From NCBI GenBank assembly GCA_038087875.1, contig CM075993.1, positions 7,566,001 to 7,630,000 of the forward strand: a stretch of DNA of 64,000 nucleotides. The letters are read 5' to 3'. Shown in pieces: positions 62,183 to 64,000 of this stretch. Origin of the DNA: Malacoraja senta. Its lineage: Eukaryota. The position numbers and the translations under genes are program-made. Each line of letters opens with the position of its first letter. The first letter of the stretch is position 1. The notes under the pieces were generated by a model that was not told the origin of the DNA, searched no databases, and saw only the letters and a program-made list of their open reading frames with translations.

Positions 62183-62507
62183 ACAAGCTTCCGGCGACAA
62201 TCAGCGAGAGCCATCACTTGTTGCAATAGATGATGGTGGTCGCAGAATTAGCTCGGATACTTCCAGTTTTCAGCCCCGCAACGTGGACGCTTCCGTAATG
62301 GGGCCCTCCCATGTTAAAAAACATGTTGTTGACTTTGATATGCCACAGCTGACAGTTAAGATAATTTATGTAAATAGAAAGCAAACATAAAGCCATATCG
62401 ATATTCAGTGGTTTCTCCCCATGTAATCAATGGCGAGGGTTAATGCATTGGGTCTAAAATTGCTTCAAGGTATGTCAGAAAATGGCAAGAGCCTGTAAAA
62501 CTGATTA

Positions 62508-62980
62508 AACGGCCTGTCCCACTTGCATGCGATTGCATGCGTTTGGCGCGACCAAACGGAAGCTCGCGCGTGACGTAATTTGCGTCATACTTACCAATCA
62601 GCTGGGCAGGAGGCGGGCCGACTGAATTTGGGCGTCGCACGGCGTCGGATGGTGACGTCATCACGCAACGCCACGCCGGGCGGTGACGTCATCGCGCAAC
62701 GCCACGCCGGGCGGTGACGACATCACGCCATACGCTAGGCATACGCCGTCAAGACGCTGCGTACGACCGCAATGCGCCTGCGTGCCGACAGGCCGTTGGC
62801 GCGCGATGATTTCGGACACTGTCAGATTTACGGAGACCCCGCGATGTCGGGACCAGCCCCGCACAACTCCGCGCTTCTAAGTGGGACCAGCCCCGCGCGG
62901 CCATACGGTGCCCGTACGCCTCAAGCGAACACGAGGTCGAGTCATTTGCGAGCCAAGGTCACGTAAGTGGGACAGGCCCT
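62508..62980. mobile_element. PIF/Harbinger-like MITE with CpG-rich interior
   Basis: GGCCTGTCCCACTT / AAGTGGGACAGGCC termini; TTA flanks. Confidence 0.78.
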
Positions 62981-64000
62981 TTAGTCTAGATTTGGAAATG
63001 TCATGAAACGAGTATCATGAAATTGCTTTAGTCGGGATATTTTCAAATATAAATTTGAATTATAGCTTTAAATAAGTCAGGCGTCAATATATTTTTCAGT
63101 TTCTAGTGATTACATTGTGGACACATGAACGTGAGTCTCCAGCAGGTGTTTAATCCCAATCCTACCCAATCTACGCTACTTTGGTTCCCTACTCCCATGG
63201 CAAAGTAAAATATTACAATTACCACGTGTATCATGGAGCTTGTTGAAGAATATGTTTTAATGAGGCACTATCCTAGGATCTCTCGGGTTCCTCAGCAGTC
63301 TGTATGTAAAACCTGTCCCCCATTCAAAGTCAGCATGTGACTTGTTTGCCTATTCTATCATGGTGTGAGGATTGTGTTTGATGTACTGGTCTTTATCAGC
63401 CACTGGCCGCCCTCTGTAAATAGCTGAAAGGGCAGGTAATGTTTTGAGACATAGAGTGATGCAGCGTGGAAACAGGCCCTTCGGCCCAACTTGCCCACAT
63501 TGGCCAACATGCCTCATCTACACGAGTCCCACCTGCCTGCATTTGGCCCATATCCCTCTAAACTTTTCCAATCCATGCACCTGCTATTTGTGTCTACCTG
63601 TCCAAATGTTTTTTTTAAACATTGTGATAGTCCCTGCCTCAACTACCTCCTCCGGCAGCTTGTTCCATACACCTTCTGCCCTTTGTGTAAAAGAACAAAA
63701 GTAGCCCCTCATTTTTATGTTGAATTGCTCCCTCTAACCTTAAACCTGGCGGTGCAGGCTCGAATGGCCTACTCCTGCACCTATTTTCTATGTTTCTTAT
63801 GTCCTTTGGCTCTTGATTCCTCTAATCTGGGTTAAAGACTATGTGCATTTACCCTGTCTATTGTAGTTATAAAGCTTGGAAACAGGCCCGTCAGCCCCTT
63901 CTATACTGGTCCCACCTGCCGTGTTTGGCCAGTATCATCCTGTAAGCCTTTGGAGTGTGGGAGGAAACCGGAGAACATTTGGACAGGTAGACGGGGTCAC

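Noticed and set aside
62183..62400. Unique sequence after the gap as a terminal exon of a neighbouring gene
   Set aside because: An acceptor-like site and a short open frame exist, but I recognise no protein and there is no partner exon; ORFs crossing the N-run are artefacts.

Overview
Eukaryotic (vertebrate) genomic DNA, most likely a cartilaginous fish such as a skate or ray; this is inferred from the HE1-like V-SINE and CR1 repeat landscape. Most of the window is repeat-derived and nearly all ORFs in the supplied track are repeat artefacts. Three spliced genes were reconstructed by hand, all on the minus strand, with phase-consistent GT-AG junctions. (1) A complete 5-exon CFAP97-domain gene (CFAP97D2-like, 194 aa, 53809->44264). 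(2) The 5-exon ribosomal protein gene rps17 (37204->24071), with a 5' TOP tract and CpG island; exon 4 carries an extra A in a homopolymer, an apparent frameshift that is probably an assembly error. (3) A coiled-coil gene I do not recognise, with at least 7 coding exons (12607->794, running off the left edge) and a near-consensus RFX X-box in an intron. Repeats include CR1 LINE fragments, HE1-like SINEs, Rex/Babar-like, L1 and Penelope remnants, Harbinger-like, hAT-like and pogo-like MITEs, a THAP-bearing foldback element, and tandem internally deleted HERO-like elements. The most notable non-coding signal is a very abundant 100-250 bp Penelope-derived repeat carrying a minimal hammerhead ribozyme motif. 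It is inserted with 12-14 bp target-site duplications, either truncated at the ribozyme or as a foldback hairpin centred on it. There is a 200-N assembly gap at 61983-62182. All family assignments come from motif recognition, not database searches.
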